A stretch of 56,361 bases of DNA, filler included, from Catajapyx aquilonaris (GCA_000934665.2; 2 parts of 2 records of this genome joined end to end with filler, not necessarily neighbours in it), one strand, 5' to 3'; positions 25,148-39,061 are shown, counted from the first letter of the whole stretch. Made by a program: numbers and translations. The notes: generated by a model from the sequence alone, not told the origin.

Positions 25148-26419
25148 TCAAGAAAATGTTGTCCCGTTTCTGATGAAGATGAAGTCCTCTCCTAAAATCA
25201 TGTGCGTGTAATATCCGTGGCTCTCCATGTAGTCTTTCATGACCTGCTTGTCCTCCTTGCCGTGAGTGAACTCGACCGTCAGCACCTGCAAACACGATCA
25301 TAAATTTATTTGGCCGCTACAAGACATGACGGCTCACCGAGATGTGTATCTTGTCAAACGGGATGGTCTGAAGCACTTCTAGCTCGACTCCTTCGACGTC
25401 CAGGCTGAAGTAGTCCACACGAGTCTGTTCCAGAGCCAACATGTACGAGTAGAACGGAAAGCACTGGACGTCCACAAACCCTTCTGCCTTGTACCCAGCC
25501 TGTTGATTCGATATCTGTCCAAGTTCCCGTTTCTGCTCAAACGACACCTGCGGACCGCCACATTGGTTTTTAATAATTTTTGTATTGCAAATAATTTTAC
25601 AGGCAACGAGAGTCACCTTTGTTGGGTACTTCTGGAGACTGAGGCATGAGCATGTGGACCATGCTTTTCTGTTCTTGGTCGCCAGTTCTGCGTAGAGTGA
25701 AGGATCCGCCTCGACAAGAAGTCCATTCCAGCCTAGTTGACGCTCAAAGTACAAGGTGTTTGTAAGTTCTTCTCCTGTGAACGCACCTGCTTCAATGAAG
25801 AAGCCGTTACTCTGGAATAGATAAAAATGAGTTAAGTCTGTACAGTGAAATTATTGAAATAATTCTAAAAGCATCTTTTTTCCAGGCAGCTGTTCGGCTA
25901 CTGCTATATGCCAGGTGTGAAGCGACATCATATTAAACATATTTGCCACACTGCAAATGTACGTAAAATGTGATGTAAAATTTCATTGTTGGAAGGCCTA
26001 CTAATTACACCTTGTTTCCTATTAATTCAGCGATGACCCTGGACTGGTCGAATTGCGAGTTGTGAATCTTCTCTGGATTGGTCAGGTTGTACGGCAGCAT
26101 GGAAGGAGGTACCAGGTACTTTTCTCTGATCTTCCGGATGACCCTAGGGTCGGACAGGCTCATGTCCGGTCCGTTCAGCTCCTCCTGATCTTCGTTCCAG
26201 AGAATGGTCCATTGTTGGAGGACGACACTTTGACGTGGGGTCGTCCAGGTGTAGACGATGAAGGCAATAGCCGAGATCACCACCAGGCCCAGGAGGATCC
26301 GCAGCCTGTGATCGTATATAATGCGGGTCGTACAATAATGGGACTTACCGTGTGCGTCGTAAGTGCGTTTCATACCCTTTTTTGTAGGCTACAACTTCGC
26401 TGAAAGACCTGCGCCCCAT
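25148..26419 (-). CDS. Star-like FkbM-domain protein, copy 6
   Basis: Exons 26349-26419 (MGRRSFSEVVAYKKGYETHLRRTR, inferred), 26011-26305, 25617-25811, 25338-25547 and 25148-25285; intact frame. Confidence 0.85.
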
Positions 26420-27307
26420 GATTACTAAGGAAGACTTGCAGTGCCAGCTCATACTATATTTTCACTCCTTAACAGCGTAAAGATAACAAGATAAGAAGAT
26501 TTCACCTATCGTTTCCGACTTAGATTCAAGTTATGATCCAGTAGATGACGAGCTCTTCTCCTGTGGACATCACTGCGGGAAACTACTTCTTCATTAACCG
26601 CATGACCTCAGTGAGAAGCCCTTTTTTTTTTGCAGAAACAACATATGTCAAAAATGGTCGAAAACGAGTTATGACCACCACCTCATATACTTTCCAATCC
26701 ATGCACTCTTAATGGTTCAATAGCAATGCAAAAGGACAGCTGTAAAGGGACATAGAAAAAAAAAATCTGGAAAAAAACTTAACCTTACGCAAAGAACAGC
26801 CGGTGTCAGGATTTCCGGGCTGATAAAGCATATTGACATAACTGATATTTTTTTTTTCTTGTTACATGTACGCATGATAGCAATCTTGACGTACACACAC
26901 ACAAAAAAGAGAAAAACACATGTTAGATAACATTGCGTCAAACAATTCAAGCTAGATACATTTATTCATTCAGTTGCTCCATGTAAAACAATATGAATGA
27001 CATGCCATACACAGCACCTGACATTGCGTATTCTTAAAGACAGTAATGTGCACAGAGCGGACTTGCTTTCAAAGCATATGACGTCTCACGCGACCAACAT
27101 TCTGGTTGACATGCGGGACGTACAATGCAAAGCAAATCAATATTTAATATGTGAAGAATGATTTAAAAGAAAGTGGCCATATATTGTGAGTGTACTAAGA
27201 GAGGCAACTTAATGAAATAAATTAATGATCAATTCATGGGTAACCCCTTTCAATTTGCCATTTTGATGTATAACCACTACAGGTGACGTGTGCAAATAAA
27301 TATTATT

Positions 27308-28129
27308 CTAATTCAAATTTGTGACACTGCAGTTTCCAGTTGTTGTGAGGGAATCTTCTGATCGTCTGAACTGCGCCAGGACTATGATGTATGTTGCGAT
27401 TGCTCCTGCCATCTGAGGATAATTAGTGCTAATTACTGCATGTTTATTGTAATGTAAATCATATACTTACAGAAGTAAGCAGTTTCCGGTCAATGGCGAA
27501 AAAGCTTGCAGCCGTGACTTGAACTGGAGGTCCGTTCATTTGACTGATTAAAGACTTCACCTGAGGAATAATCCGGATCAGTGGAATGGACTAAATAAAT
27601 TAACATGAACTTAATTAAGATGCACCTGGTTCCGACAGGTTGGAGTCAGGCTGTCAAGTTGAACCCGGATCAAGTCCTTCCTAGATGTGGTTGCCTGGAA
27701 TCGGTACATTCACGTAATGCTTGTTAACATGTGTTAAAACACTATACGACTCACCTTCTCTGGTATGTCACCAACCAGACATGTTCCCAGATACAACATC
27801 ACCACTTTAGAAACTACCAGAACCACAGCTCGTAGCAGCCGAATCCCTTCTTTGTCGACGACAGGCAGCAATTCAATTATTACGAAGACCCAAACTATGA
27901 TCTCGCAGACCCAGGACACGAAGGAGATGCAGATGGAAGGACCGTACTCTTGGGACAATCTTTCGGTCAGGTCGCACAGGTCGAAGTACATCTTTCCTGA
28001 TGCTCCAAATGGATTGTCGTACTTGGACAACAAAGAGGTGTCATGTGTGCCAAACACTGTGTTCAGTAGGCGACAACTTGATGTGATTGAGTCGTTGACC
28101 CGTTTGAATCCTCGTTTGATGGAAATGGA
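27308..28129 (-). CDS. Gustatory receptor (7tm chemoreceptor superfamily), 5'-truncated at the gap
   Basis: Exons 27755-28129 (partial), 27626-27694, 27471-27560 and 27308-27412 with three phase-0 C-terminal introns. It reads VTAASFFAIDRKLLTSMAGAIATYIIVLAQF, containing the TYxxxxxQF GR signature. Confidence 0.9.
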
Positions 28130-28229
28130 NNNNNNNNNNNNNNNNNNNNNNNNNNNNNNNNNNNNNNNNNNNNTTAATTAATTAANNNNNNNNNNNNNNN
28201 NNNNNNNNNNNNNNNNNNNNNNNNNNNNN
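28130..28229. other. Artificial assembly linker (44 N + TTAATTAATTAA + 44 N)
   Basis: Exactly 100 bp and symmetric, with a central 12-mer that has stops in all six frames. Confidence 0.92.
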
Positions 28230-31200
28230 AGTTTATCGACTGATCAATGCTGCAATGCATCAGTCAGATTAATCTTCGGGAGAGCTGATGGGGGGAAAAA
28301 AAGAGTGTATGATCGAAAACGATTTGGCGAGGTTGGCCACTTTGCCAATTATTATTAAAATGGATTTTGTGTGTGCTCAATATCCGCAAAACCGTGAGAT
28401 CGGTAAAACGCATTAAAACTAGTTACCATATACAGTGTGCTCTACTGTGTGTGATGCACAGTCAGGGTAACAGTGTTTGTACTTTTTTTTCATTATTATT
28501 CCTGCGTTACCTCTCGGTATTTAAAAAATTGCGTGTACACTACGTGCACTAATTGGGCTGTGGCTGTACACAGTTTCATAAAAAGGTAAAGCGCGCCTGT
28601 AACTCATAGCTGATTATGCTGATATGACGGAAGCAACTCATGCGGGCAACTCAAACAAACATTGCAACGATGTTGTGATGAAGGCGAGTTTGAGCAAGCC
28701 ATGCATTACACTGCATTTAGACGGCAACATGTACAGCTAATTTATGCTGACCGCTATACAGTTCACATCATGATGGTGCCCCCATACTTTTTACATACCC
28801 TATTGACATAAAGAGTTGCGTGAAATTATTTATGTTGATTTTTTTTACAATATTTCGGTGATGGCCTTTCCATGAGATATTGTGATGTCTATCGGGACAA
28901 ATAACATGCGATAGTCCTATTTGTGTGCGGATGTTATTAGATAGGCTAGATTTGAATGGCTTCAAAGACCTCGATTAGTTCCGATGGTGCGCAGCCATAT
29001 AAAGTGGATTAAAATCAGTGTATGATTTTAAAGCCGCTTATTAACGACCCGGTTCCATATCTATAAAGAAAATTTCTGGTCATTAAAAACGGTTTATTGC
29101 GGGTCGTGTATCCGCCAACGATTCGTTATTGTGGCTTTCCCACTGGTGTTCTCTTTGCGATGTTGCCAGATCGTTGCGAATGGGGTCAAATCCGCAGCAT
29201 ATGCATAGAGCAATATTTTGGTTTCGCATCAGTGTTGCTTTATGGGTCTATATAGAGATAAGCCTCCCCCCCCCCCCTTTAAACCGCATCTACCCTTATT
29301 GGCTCCAGGGCAATCTGGCCAAAGTGATGCCAAGCCAGGGTGGGTCAAGAGCTCTCGGATAATATTTCTTATCCGAGCTTCCCCCAATATTTCAACCTTC
29401 AAGCTTAAAAGGGGGTTGGCTGGTCCATTCAGTATCACTCACCTGATGGTGTTTTTTTAAAAGGGAGGACATGAGGCGGGCAGTTGGCAGAATTTTTGCA
29501 AGCTCAACATGGCTGGACGCTGGAGATAAAAGTGTCAGAGCGGAACAGGCCTGATAATTTTTTTAAAGAGGATTGTCACGCCATATTTTACTTGGACCGA
29601 AAATCTGTGTGAGATGGTTGGTACTACCTCCACAGTCGGGTGTTGCCAAGTTTGGTTCACAGTACTAACTGACACTTTGAAAAATCCTCGATCATCATTT
29701 TTTTTCTATGTTCATCGGACATTTTTACTGCAGATCTCTTTCACACTTGAGCGGCTTTCACATTTTTTTAAACCCCAGATTTTTTTATTTGATGGATGAT
29801 ATGGGGGCATAATAATGAAGCGGCGGTTAGTCCCAAGGTGCTTCTACAGTACGTGCGTCAAATACCAGCAGATTCCGCCACTGTAACCCTACAGGTCACA
29901 TGGGAAGAAAGCCGCTTCATTATTAATAACTGCATGTCCTCTCTGCCTTTTTGCCCCTCCATGGTTGTTGAAACATGTTGGCAGAATCCAGCAGTATTTC
30001 TCATCTAACTGTAAGCTTCAAGTGGTAGCTTGTTTGTCATTTACTTTGTTCCGGAACAGCCATGACAGTTTAGGGCAAATGGTATGTGCCAGATCAATTA
30101 GTCAGGGTCAGGCCTCAACAATTTGCCACGAAAATGTCAGTGTGGAAAATATAGTAAACACAACCAACGTCACATAAGGTCAATGTCGAGGGGATTTTTT
30201 TGGGGGCTATATCAGAGTATAATGATGGTCGTAACTCGTAAGCAAACTCCAAAAATCTGGCTCGACTTTCAAGTAGGAGATTGGCTGTTAAAGTGGGGGT
30301 TTAGCGAGCCCTGAGAGCAAGGATTAACTTGGCAGGTCAAATGTCATGTGGTTGGTTGACTGCATGACGGATTGGGAAAGCACGGGATTTGGAAGGAGGA
30401 CGTTCAGAGTGTAAAACAGTCACGACATGGAACGAAATGGTACGAGTCGGTACGTTCTGAACTTATCCGGTTCCCTGAGTGAATCTACGAATTAATTATT
30501 AAATCGCTGTATTTCCAACGCTACGCTTGGAGTGGGAGACGTTTGCGACGTTGCCAAAGCTCTGTGAACGAACCTCAGAGGCTACGGATCTGAATTATTA
30601 TTTGTCCCCTGGCCTGGGTAGTAACTCTTGCAACGTTGTCAGCGCAGTAGAGCTGCGCGACTCTCGGTGCGCACTCGAACTTACAGTACGTGTACCTCGT
30701 ACTATAGTGTCAACGCACCTAATTAGTACCAGCCTGGGATTGATTCCCCAGCAACTCCCCGGTTTCATGAATTAGTCCTCGTGCCGACAGTCACGTCAAG
30801 TCCAAACCCCGACATCACCGTCGTTGACCTCTTCGATTGGGCCCCGATATTGTCCCGAACTAATGGCCAGTGATTAGCCCCCCCTCCCAATCCTCCCCGG
30901 GTCTCAATTACCGGTATCCACAGAATGGAGCCCAAACCAATCCAATGAAAGGAAATCACTCGTTGTGATCCTCCTCCCCAAAAATTATATATATAGGAAA
31001 GTTTGGCCCCCCTCCTTTTTTGGGCGGAGTGGGCACCTCCCATAGATGCTGCTTGATCTATTCTTGGACAGATCTATACAAAACTTCTGCGTCCGGAGAA
31101 AAGCAAGTTCAATAAGCAAATTCAGGCCATTTGAGGCTAAACTTGGCAACACTGCCCGGCCCGCACGTGTGTCACACAGACGATTCATTGTGTGGTGTTT

Positions 31201-34200
31201 TGGCAGCCTATGATATTTTCTTGGGACTTTTACCGAACGGATCGAACTCCGAGCGTGACTTTGAGTGTAAGATAATCCCCAATAACGAGCTGAAAATGCT
31301 TCGTGTAGGTGTGTGGTTGTGTGGGGGGTAATGACAGTGCGTGTTTTTGTAGATTGGAGAGCCACAATCTCGCAGAAGGAAGAAAAGGTGGTGCCCCTGC
31401 CAGACCTTGAAGTTTTTAGCACAAAACGTGGGTCAGTAGTGTTGAGGGTCAAACACATCCAAAAGCCAAGGTGGGAAAATGTCACGGTTTTTCCCCGGTT
31501 CAATTATTAAAGCCATGCGCGCGCATCCGCCAAATTAAAGCGCGGGGGATTCGATGGGGAAAAACGGGCAAAAGGTTTCATTAGGCCAGGAAGTTGCCTG
31601 GAGGAAGGATCGTTGGCCCGGGTGTTGTTGTAGTGTGTGTGTGTGTGACATGAGTCAGGTCTGTGAAGAAGGCACGAGGATATCTATGCCTTGGACCTGA
31701 TAGTGTGTGTGTTGTTGCGTATACTATAGGATGTGATTGTTGTGGCAAGAGGAGGTGACCTGGGCTGTGCAGGTAGTTAACACAGGGAAAATATTGTTGT
31801 ATGAGAGTTAATAATGGCGTCTGTCTGCTGGATGTTCTCGTGTAAGTATAGCACCTTTTAGCGCACCTTTGATTCCCAACATGTTTTGTCACATTCAGTT
31901 CTCACTCATTTTGAACCAAACGAGTCCATAAGTTAGCCCCCCAGATCTTGTTTGCGCGTATTGTTACGTCATTCGGATTATAATTTCGAAGGGGGCCTCG
32001 CCCTGAGGGGACTTTGCCGTCCCTTCCCGGCTTTCATTCCCACTCTTAATTAGGCTGGTCCAATGGACACCCTATTCACGAAAACCTCTTCAAGGCAGCC
32101 TCCCATTTTCGAAAAGCGTCATCTGTTGGTCAGGTCGAGGCCTGTTGACCTTTCACGTTGACCTTTAGTTGAGGGCAGAGGGAGGGAAAAAAGCCTTTTG
32201 TCTTAACCCACAGTAGCGTGTCACTACAGAAATTAGTAAAATTAATTTGCAAATGAGTGTGACCTTTATTTTCGACAGTGCAATAATCTTACAAAGCCGA
32301 ATGTTTACCACAGGATCCGACCAAAGTTCGAGCTTATTCTTCAAAAAACGTGCATCGTGTGCTAAGTAGTAATCCTCTATATTTTCGCATTTACATTTCG
32401 TAATGCCACAAACGATCAACTCCGAGGCACTTCCGGTTTTGCTAACAAACGCCCACTATCAAAGTGTGTCTGCGTAGGTTGGATAAAAGTAGTAGGTCAT
32501 ATTTCGAAGCATTTGGGTTGCATGTCGAGGCTAAATTTAATCTCAGATTAGGAGAGTCCGGCCCAAAATTGTAAAAAAAAAACCGGCAGCCATACAGTTA
32601 TTGGATGCTCCATAATAATTCGGAAAAACTTTCAGGATTTGTCTTTTGCTATCTTGAGATCATTTTATGTAAGGGTGTAATTATGTCTCTGAAGCCTCGT
32701 TACAGAGATAATTAGCTTCAAATCCAGGTCGGCCTTGCCATTTTTCATTTTTGGCAACAAATTTTCCTGCTGTGTTTTTTTTTCATCCTTCTTCAATAAT
32801 AATCAAACCCGCAGAGTTGTTCAACCCTCGTTAAGAAGCCTTCAGTTTAGACAAACTCCCCCCCAGCTGAGCATAAACTTCATCGTACAATAAAGAGAGG
32901 CATGAAAGCACCTCATGATTGCACCTCACGTGAGGCAAGGGGATTGTTTGTGTTGCACTATAAGCTTGTTTGGCCGGCCATTCACGAAACTTCTCCAAAG
33001 GAGTTATGCAAGTTCGTCAAGGACATATTGTTGTCTTATATTATGTGACCCGGAACTTGGGTTGCCATGGCTTCCGGTTTACACGCTTATTTTTTGGCTC
33101 ATCTCGTCAGGGACTGGGGTACAAATGGGGCTTCCTAGAGCTCGTGGGTTGAAACCTTATCCCAGCTCTAATTAAGGCCTTAGTTCTGTTAATGCCACGG
33201 GTCTTTACCGCCTTTTCAGTTAGCGATCAGGTGCGTCTTAACCAACCGCAATTAACGTCGACAACTCGGAAAATGGTTGACCTAATTTGCATCACATTTC
33301 GTTACTATAACATAATTTTCATAACAGCTGAAAAACGTAGTACCAAAATTCCATTTCTGATGACCTCACTGCGGACAAACCTGAAAATGAGCAATTGCGC
33401 CTCATTTCTGGCTCCATTTGTGTGTACAGAGAGCATTTGCTGGCGGCACCTCCACAAAATGATGATTACTTAAGCTGCGGATTTAACTGCTGCGAGGAAA
33501 CTCTATTACGTGCAAGATGTATAATTGGTCGGGGTGGAAAGGTGGGCCAGTTCTGCAAAGCCGCAATTCCCTCAGGACATGGATAAGCCATGCAGGTCGC
33601 TAGCCATTTAGACGCCGAACAAGCCTATATTGAGATGGCCTATGTAGAGTGCTTTTAGCCCTGTTGACTCGTAATGAATTGGCAACAAAACGGATTATAT
33701 ACTGAAAAGCTGATATCTCTTCATGACTAATGAGATATAACGGAACCCAAACTTTTTGTTGGCTTATTTCCTAGAAAATTATATCCACTCGAAAGTTGTC
33801 CAGCAGCTGCGTATATACAAAACGGCAAAAGTCTGAAGATCAAATAAAATCGGATGTAAAGGCACACAAAAATAGGTTCCTCTCTCTCTGCCCCATCGAA
33901 TGTTGTTCCGTGTCCTTTGATCTTCCATTTTTCTCTCTCTCTCTGTTTGCTTTCAAAAGCTGAAGGCTTCGGAAAGCCTAAACAAAAAAAAAAATAAACG
34001 AACAGCCGCACGACAGTTTATTCAGGAAGAAAAATCAGACGGGTTCGCATCTGGCTGTTGACCTTTGACTCTTAACTTTCCTAACTGTATTGCACTGACA
34101 GCATTTGCACACAAAGATACAGCAGGAGTACCACAAAGTGAATTGAGGTAAAAATGTCTAAGGGTTGCCATGCTTGCAAAGCCACAGTAACGTTCGTTGG

Positions 34201-35947
34201 CCTTTGGCGCCACAAGACGGTCAGTTAAAGAGTGAGAAACCTCCCGAAACTACGTCTGAATGTGACAAAACAAACCCTGTATGACCTTGGAGCTATAGGG
34301 CCGCTCCCACTTTAATTCGGCCGAGGCTGCCTTGTTTAAATAAATAATGAGCCATGGAGAGTTTAATCTCCAACCCCCATTTTGCTTTGGGTCCCTTTCC
34401 TTTGCTTCTTTGCCTTCGGCCAATAATTTTGTGGTCCCAATTAATTTATGTTCGGCCTCGTCCCTCGATGGCTTCATCATCGCAGGGTTTTTGACGAACT
34501 CGTGAAAACATTAACCGTGGCTATAGCATGACGTCACGTCTCACAATTTGGAGTCAAATGAGCCCCCTCCCAGAACATTTCATGAATCGGCGAAAATTGT
34601 TCCCTTGTTTGCATTTTACACGCTTCGTTTATGAAAATACAGCTTCATTCATGCCATTTCAAGCTTGGGGAATGTTATCCGGCCTTGTTATTACCTAGTT
34701 GTTTTTTTTTTTTGGCTTACTGTCGACGGAGGAAATGGCTTCGAGAGGGGTCTTTCTCCACAATGTTTACACGAACTGTACGCAAATAGACGTCGATAAG
34801 CCTTCAAAAACGACGCTCCCTGTATTGACGTATCGACACTGACGAGTAGACACAACTATGACCCCCTGAAATAATGAGCCAAAATATGTGCGTGGGCTTC
34901 TCCACATTGCGTCACTCCAGCAATTACGTTAATTACCCAACATTGACCTGCGGGTTTCACTTGGAGAGGTACATTATATCTAAAGTTAGGATAGGATGTG
35001 GTTATAGAATAAGGTCTCGATTGAAGTCGCGACCATTGATTATTATTAAAGGGGAGGAAAAAAACCTCTTCAACCAAACCCTCGTATGATAGATGGAAGT
35101 ACACAAAAAAAATGGATCAATTTTTATGCACCGATGTGCGTATACTCTCTGTTTACTTTTACTGGAGATTCGATTGTAACACTAGTAGAAACATGTTACG
35201 CTTTGCTGCTGAAGCGACTTGTAAAAAAAAGGGAGCTGTAGAGTTTTGATAACTAATGCAGTTGGAAATCAATCGACTTTAATGCAATTATCGCCCGTAA
35301 TGATGGAGGTCATGTAGAGCGTAAAAATCCAGAGCTACATACAGTGCGAGTTAGCACAGTTTTTTTTAACTGTACTGTACATTCACTAAATCGCATTCAG
35401 ATAGGCTCTTTTGTACTTGGATTTCTCTGGAGTGTTGCACTTGTCCGCTTCGACTTCGATTTCCCCTTAAGTACACTTTAAATCCTGCTGGATTTGTCTT
35501 AAAAGATTCTTCCGAACTTAAAACCCATTCTTCTTCATTAATTCTTCAATTCGTCATTAATTCATCCCTGTACTGTTTGCTTTGCACTTTTTCCTCCCCT
35601 GTACTTTCTCTCCAAGGACTTGTCGCATTCCGGGTGACTGCCTGTATTGGAAGCTGAAGAGTACAATGTGTTGCTCGACCTAGAAAGCGAAGAGTCTCCC
35701 GAGAGACATGGAAAAAAAGTCGATACGTGTATAGACGAGGTGTGGGCTGGGTGATGTGCAGTACAATGCAAGCAGGGGGTATGTCAATTGCTGCCCTTGG
35801 AAATAATTGAGTAGGATAAAAGTCGGGCCGAAGCCATTTCCTTCCCCGAGGTGTGCTTGCTTGCTTTTTTTGCTTGGATACAACGTACAGGGTGTACTTG
35901 AAGTAATACTGCTGTATGACTGACATGGTGTGTGCGTGTCCGGCAGC

Positions 35948-36132
35948 ATGTCCAACGTGTTCTTCTTCCGGTTGCACAACCTGAAACGGTGCGAGGAAGA
36001 GAAGCGTCGGCGTCTGAAGGCGTCTGGAGCTGGTCACTTCCAGGCCATGACCTTGACCCCGTCCAGACTTTTCGAGAGGCCTCCGCTGGTGCCCTCAGAC
36101 AGCCTCGACCACCTGGCCCTTCACATACCCAG
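35948..36132 (+). CDS. Candidate alternative first coding exon A of the Slo2/KCNT channel
   Basis: ATG..MSNVFFFRLHNLKRCEEEKRRRLK...DHLALHIP AG|gtgaaag. Its phase 2 joins exon 45306 in frame ([10 protein letters not shown]). Confidence 0.65.
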
Positions 36133-36769
36133 GTGAAAGATTTTAATACACGTGTCATTTCCCGGATAATTGCCCTTGACACGATTACCCGGAAATCTAC
36201 AGCATAGTGTTGATCCTTTATGGCCTGGCAAGCTGCGCCGAGGGATATTAAGGGATCAAAAGGGGATCACTAACTCTCAAAGAGGTTCGAAACATGCACC
36301 AAAATGCACCTGCAAAAGCATTTAAAGTGCTGCGTCCGGCTGCGTCCCGCTTTTTAATGCTGTATTGCTTCGAAAAAGGCACTCAGCACAATTAATGACC
36401 TCCATTGTCCTTTTAGCTGGACTGCTCAACAATACCGTTTAAGTTAATGGTCACCCCCACCTTTTTTTAACAAGTGGTCCAATCACTCTGCCTTATAAAA
36501 CGTAAAACCTGCAAATATTTAGTAGGATTTTGATGGCTCACTGCGAGCACTTGCAAATAAATGAAACTAAACTGCTGTGCTTTATGACGCACTCAATTTA
36601 TAAGGGGGAGCCAATAAGTCTGTACAGGGTGTTGTCCAAGTTGACTTTAGGACAGTGCACAAATATCTCTATATAAAAGATATATTTCGAATGTTTGTCC
36701 GGAGACGTGCTGGGAGGAGTCGAAGTAGCCCACGGCTAATCGAGGCCAATGAAGTCACATCGCGCGTCA

Positions 36770-37470
36770 CCCATAAATATCGATACATCGCACGCAACCC
36801 AAGAATATCGATACATCACGAGTCATCTATGAATATCGCTATATCGTTACGTCATGGAAGGAACTATCGATACATTGCTTGTCGCCCATGAATATCGATA
36901 CATCTCAAGTTATCTATAAGTATCGATACATTGCTTGTCGCCCATGGATATCGATACATCTCAAGTTATCTATAAGTATCGATACATTGCTTGTCGCCCA
37001 TTAATATCGATACATCTCAAGTTATCCATCAGTATCGATACATTGCTTGTCGCCCATGAATATCGATACATCTCAAGTTATCCATCAGTATCGATACATA
37101 GCTCACATCCCCAGTGAACATCGATATTTCGATCAACATGGGAAAAATATAGATATATCCACCATCATTGAAGAAAATATCGACATCGATACATTATAAA
37201 AGAAAATATCAATATCGATACATAATGAAAGAAAATATCGATATCGATATATTGCTCGTTGCCTATGAATATCGATAGATCGCAAGTTATCCATAAGTAT
37301 CGATGCATTGTGAACATCGATATATCGATGCATCATGAGAGGGAATATTGATATCGATAAATTGCTGACCACCCATGAATATCGATACATTGCGAACGTC
37401 ACATGTGCACATTGATGTATCGGTACATCGCGGGAATACCGATATATACAGTTTAATCCCGATATAACAG
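36770..37470. repeat. ATCGAT-rich satellite/element with a 56-bp unit made of two 28-bp subunits
   Basis: tatcgatacattgcttgtcgcccatgaa-tatcgatacatctcaagttatctataag repeats at 36865, 36921, 36977 and 37033, then degenerates. Confidence 0.85.
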
Positions 37471-38825
37471 ACTTCAAGGGGCCTAGGAAATGAGTCTGTT
37501 ACAGCTGAGGCTGTTATATCCGGAGTGAACTGATGCATATGAAAGTGAGAGTCGTTTGACGTTTTGGGATGCGGCAAAATAGCTGCTAATGATACACGAA
37601 TGAACCGTCGTTGGATCAGATCCGCCCGAATTTGATCCTCCCAAACAGTCCTGATGATCAGCAGCTATAGACCACCACGCCCCGGAGCATAGCCATCACG
37701 TCTCGTTTGATCAAACGAAGGTGTAACTTTCCAGGGATGCAACTTTCGTAACGAGGTTACCATCCTGTGGAATTCAGGAGGTTCATGCCAACCGTGAAGG
37801 GTGGGTTGTTGTATATAGGATACCCGGAGTTTTAATGAGAGTAATGACTGTATACTTGTGTGCAGGCAGTGCCTGTCTCCGGGGGGGATGGCTGTTTGGT
37901 CAATATGTGTCCAGCATATGAGCATTCACATGCGGAGGACATGTGACAGGGAAAAGTATGTCTCACCGACACCCACTGTCAGGGTATGAAGCTCAAATAG
38001 TTGGTGAAAATCGCCATATTTTATTTTGTTCCTATTGCTGGACAAAATATTATCGTGATGCCTCATTACCTGAGACCATGATTTATGAAGGCATGATTCA
38101 TGGTAATAATCAGGTAAGCGCGATGAATGCGACACCGCAGTTTTTTTTTGTTTAGTTTAAATCTTGTTTCCGTGCAGGTAATACAAAGCGGTAGTTGCAT
38201 AAAAGAGGGGGGACACAACTGACCTTTGACCCTTCGTGCTGAATGTGTGTGAACCTCTCCACCTGCTGCAATTATTACCTAAGCTATGTTAATGTATACG
38301 CAAAGAGAGAAAATATACTGTATAGTTAATATTTTTGGCAGTTTGAAGCAAACAGGCCGTTCCGTTGTGCCTCTGCTGATTGCAGGGCAGTATCAGATGA
38401 AACGGGCTAATTACTGCAACTATCTCATGCAAGTATAGACGAGAGCGCAAACCAACTATGTCATTGCAGCCGTCACGGGGCCTCGAAGCACAGAAATAAT
38501 ACCAGGTGCTGATTAGAATTTGAAATTCTAACAAAGTGCTACAAACTGCGCAGGTCCCTTGTTTGCTCCCCCAAAGTTACTCCCTGCCATTGTTAAAATT
38601 ATTGCCTAATTACTGCTGTGATTGCGGGCTCCAGTCTGACCCAAGTCTTGAAATTGTGCGCAATAAGTTCCTCAATGAATTGAGAGTTTGCGATAAAACT
38701 AGCCAACCCATTACCGTCAAATTGTGTCGAGTCTACATGATTTTTTTACGAGCGCAACCGAGTGCGCACCCACACTCGCGCAAGTCCACTGTTCCGACAA
38801 CAACGTTGCCACAGTTACTCATCCT

Positions 38826-39061
38826 ACCGAAGCAGGTTGGCATAGTGGATAGGGCGTCCGACTACTAATCGGGAGGTCCTGGGTTCGAATCCCGGGGCCG
38901 GCAACCTTGACCGTGGTTTTCTGTGGTTTTCCACGGTCTTTCTAGGATAATTCCGGGGTTGCTTCCGTATAATAGGCCACAGCCGCTTCCTTCCTTCCCT
39001 ATCCTTGGAGGTTGAAAGGCAATGCTGGGCCAACCTCCTTAAATATATCAATTATAAAAAA
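38826..39061 (+). mobile_element. tRNA-derived SINE with target-site duplication
   Basis: tRNA-like head (A box tggcatagtgg, B box ggttcgaatcc), a non-tRNA body and an A-rich tail. It is flanked by agttactcatcct (38813-38825) and agttactcagcct (39062-39074). Confidence 0.85.

Noticed and set aside
17082..26419. Horizontal transfer of bacterial FkbM methyltransferases
   Set aside because: The genes have conserved spliceosomal introns and an N-terminal TM, matching the established animal Star-like family.
28230..35900. Short ORFs (e.g. 30985-31503) as genes or further Slo2 first exons
   Set aside because: No recognisable domains, and the ATG-donor candidates I tested were not phase 2.
38836..38905. 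Third tRNA gene (anticodon ACT)
   Set aside because: It has no proper acceptor stem or terminator and continues into a SINE body with an A-tail and TSD.
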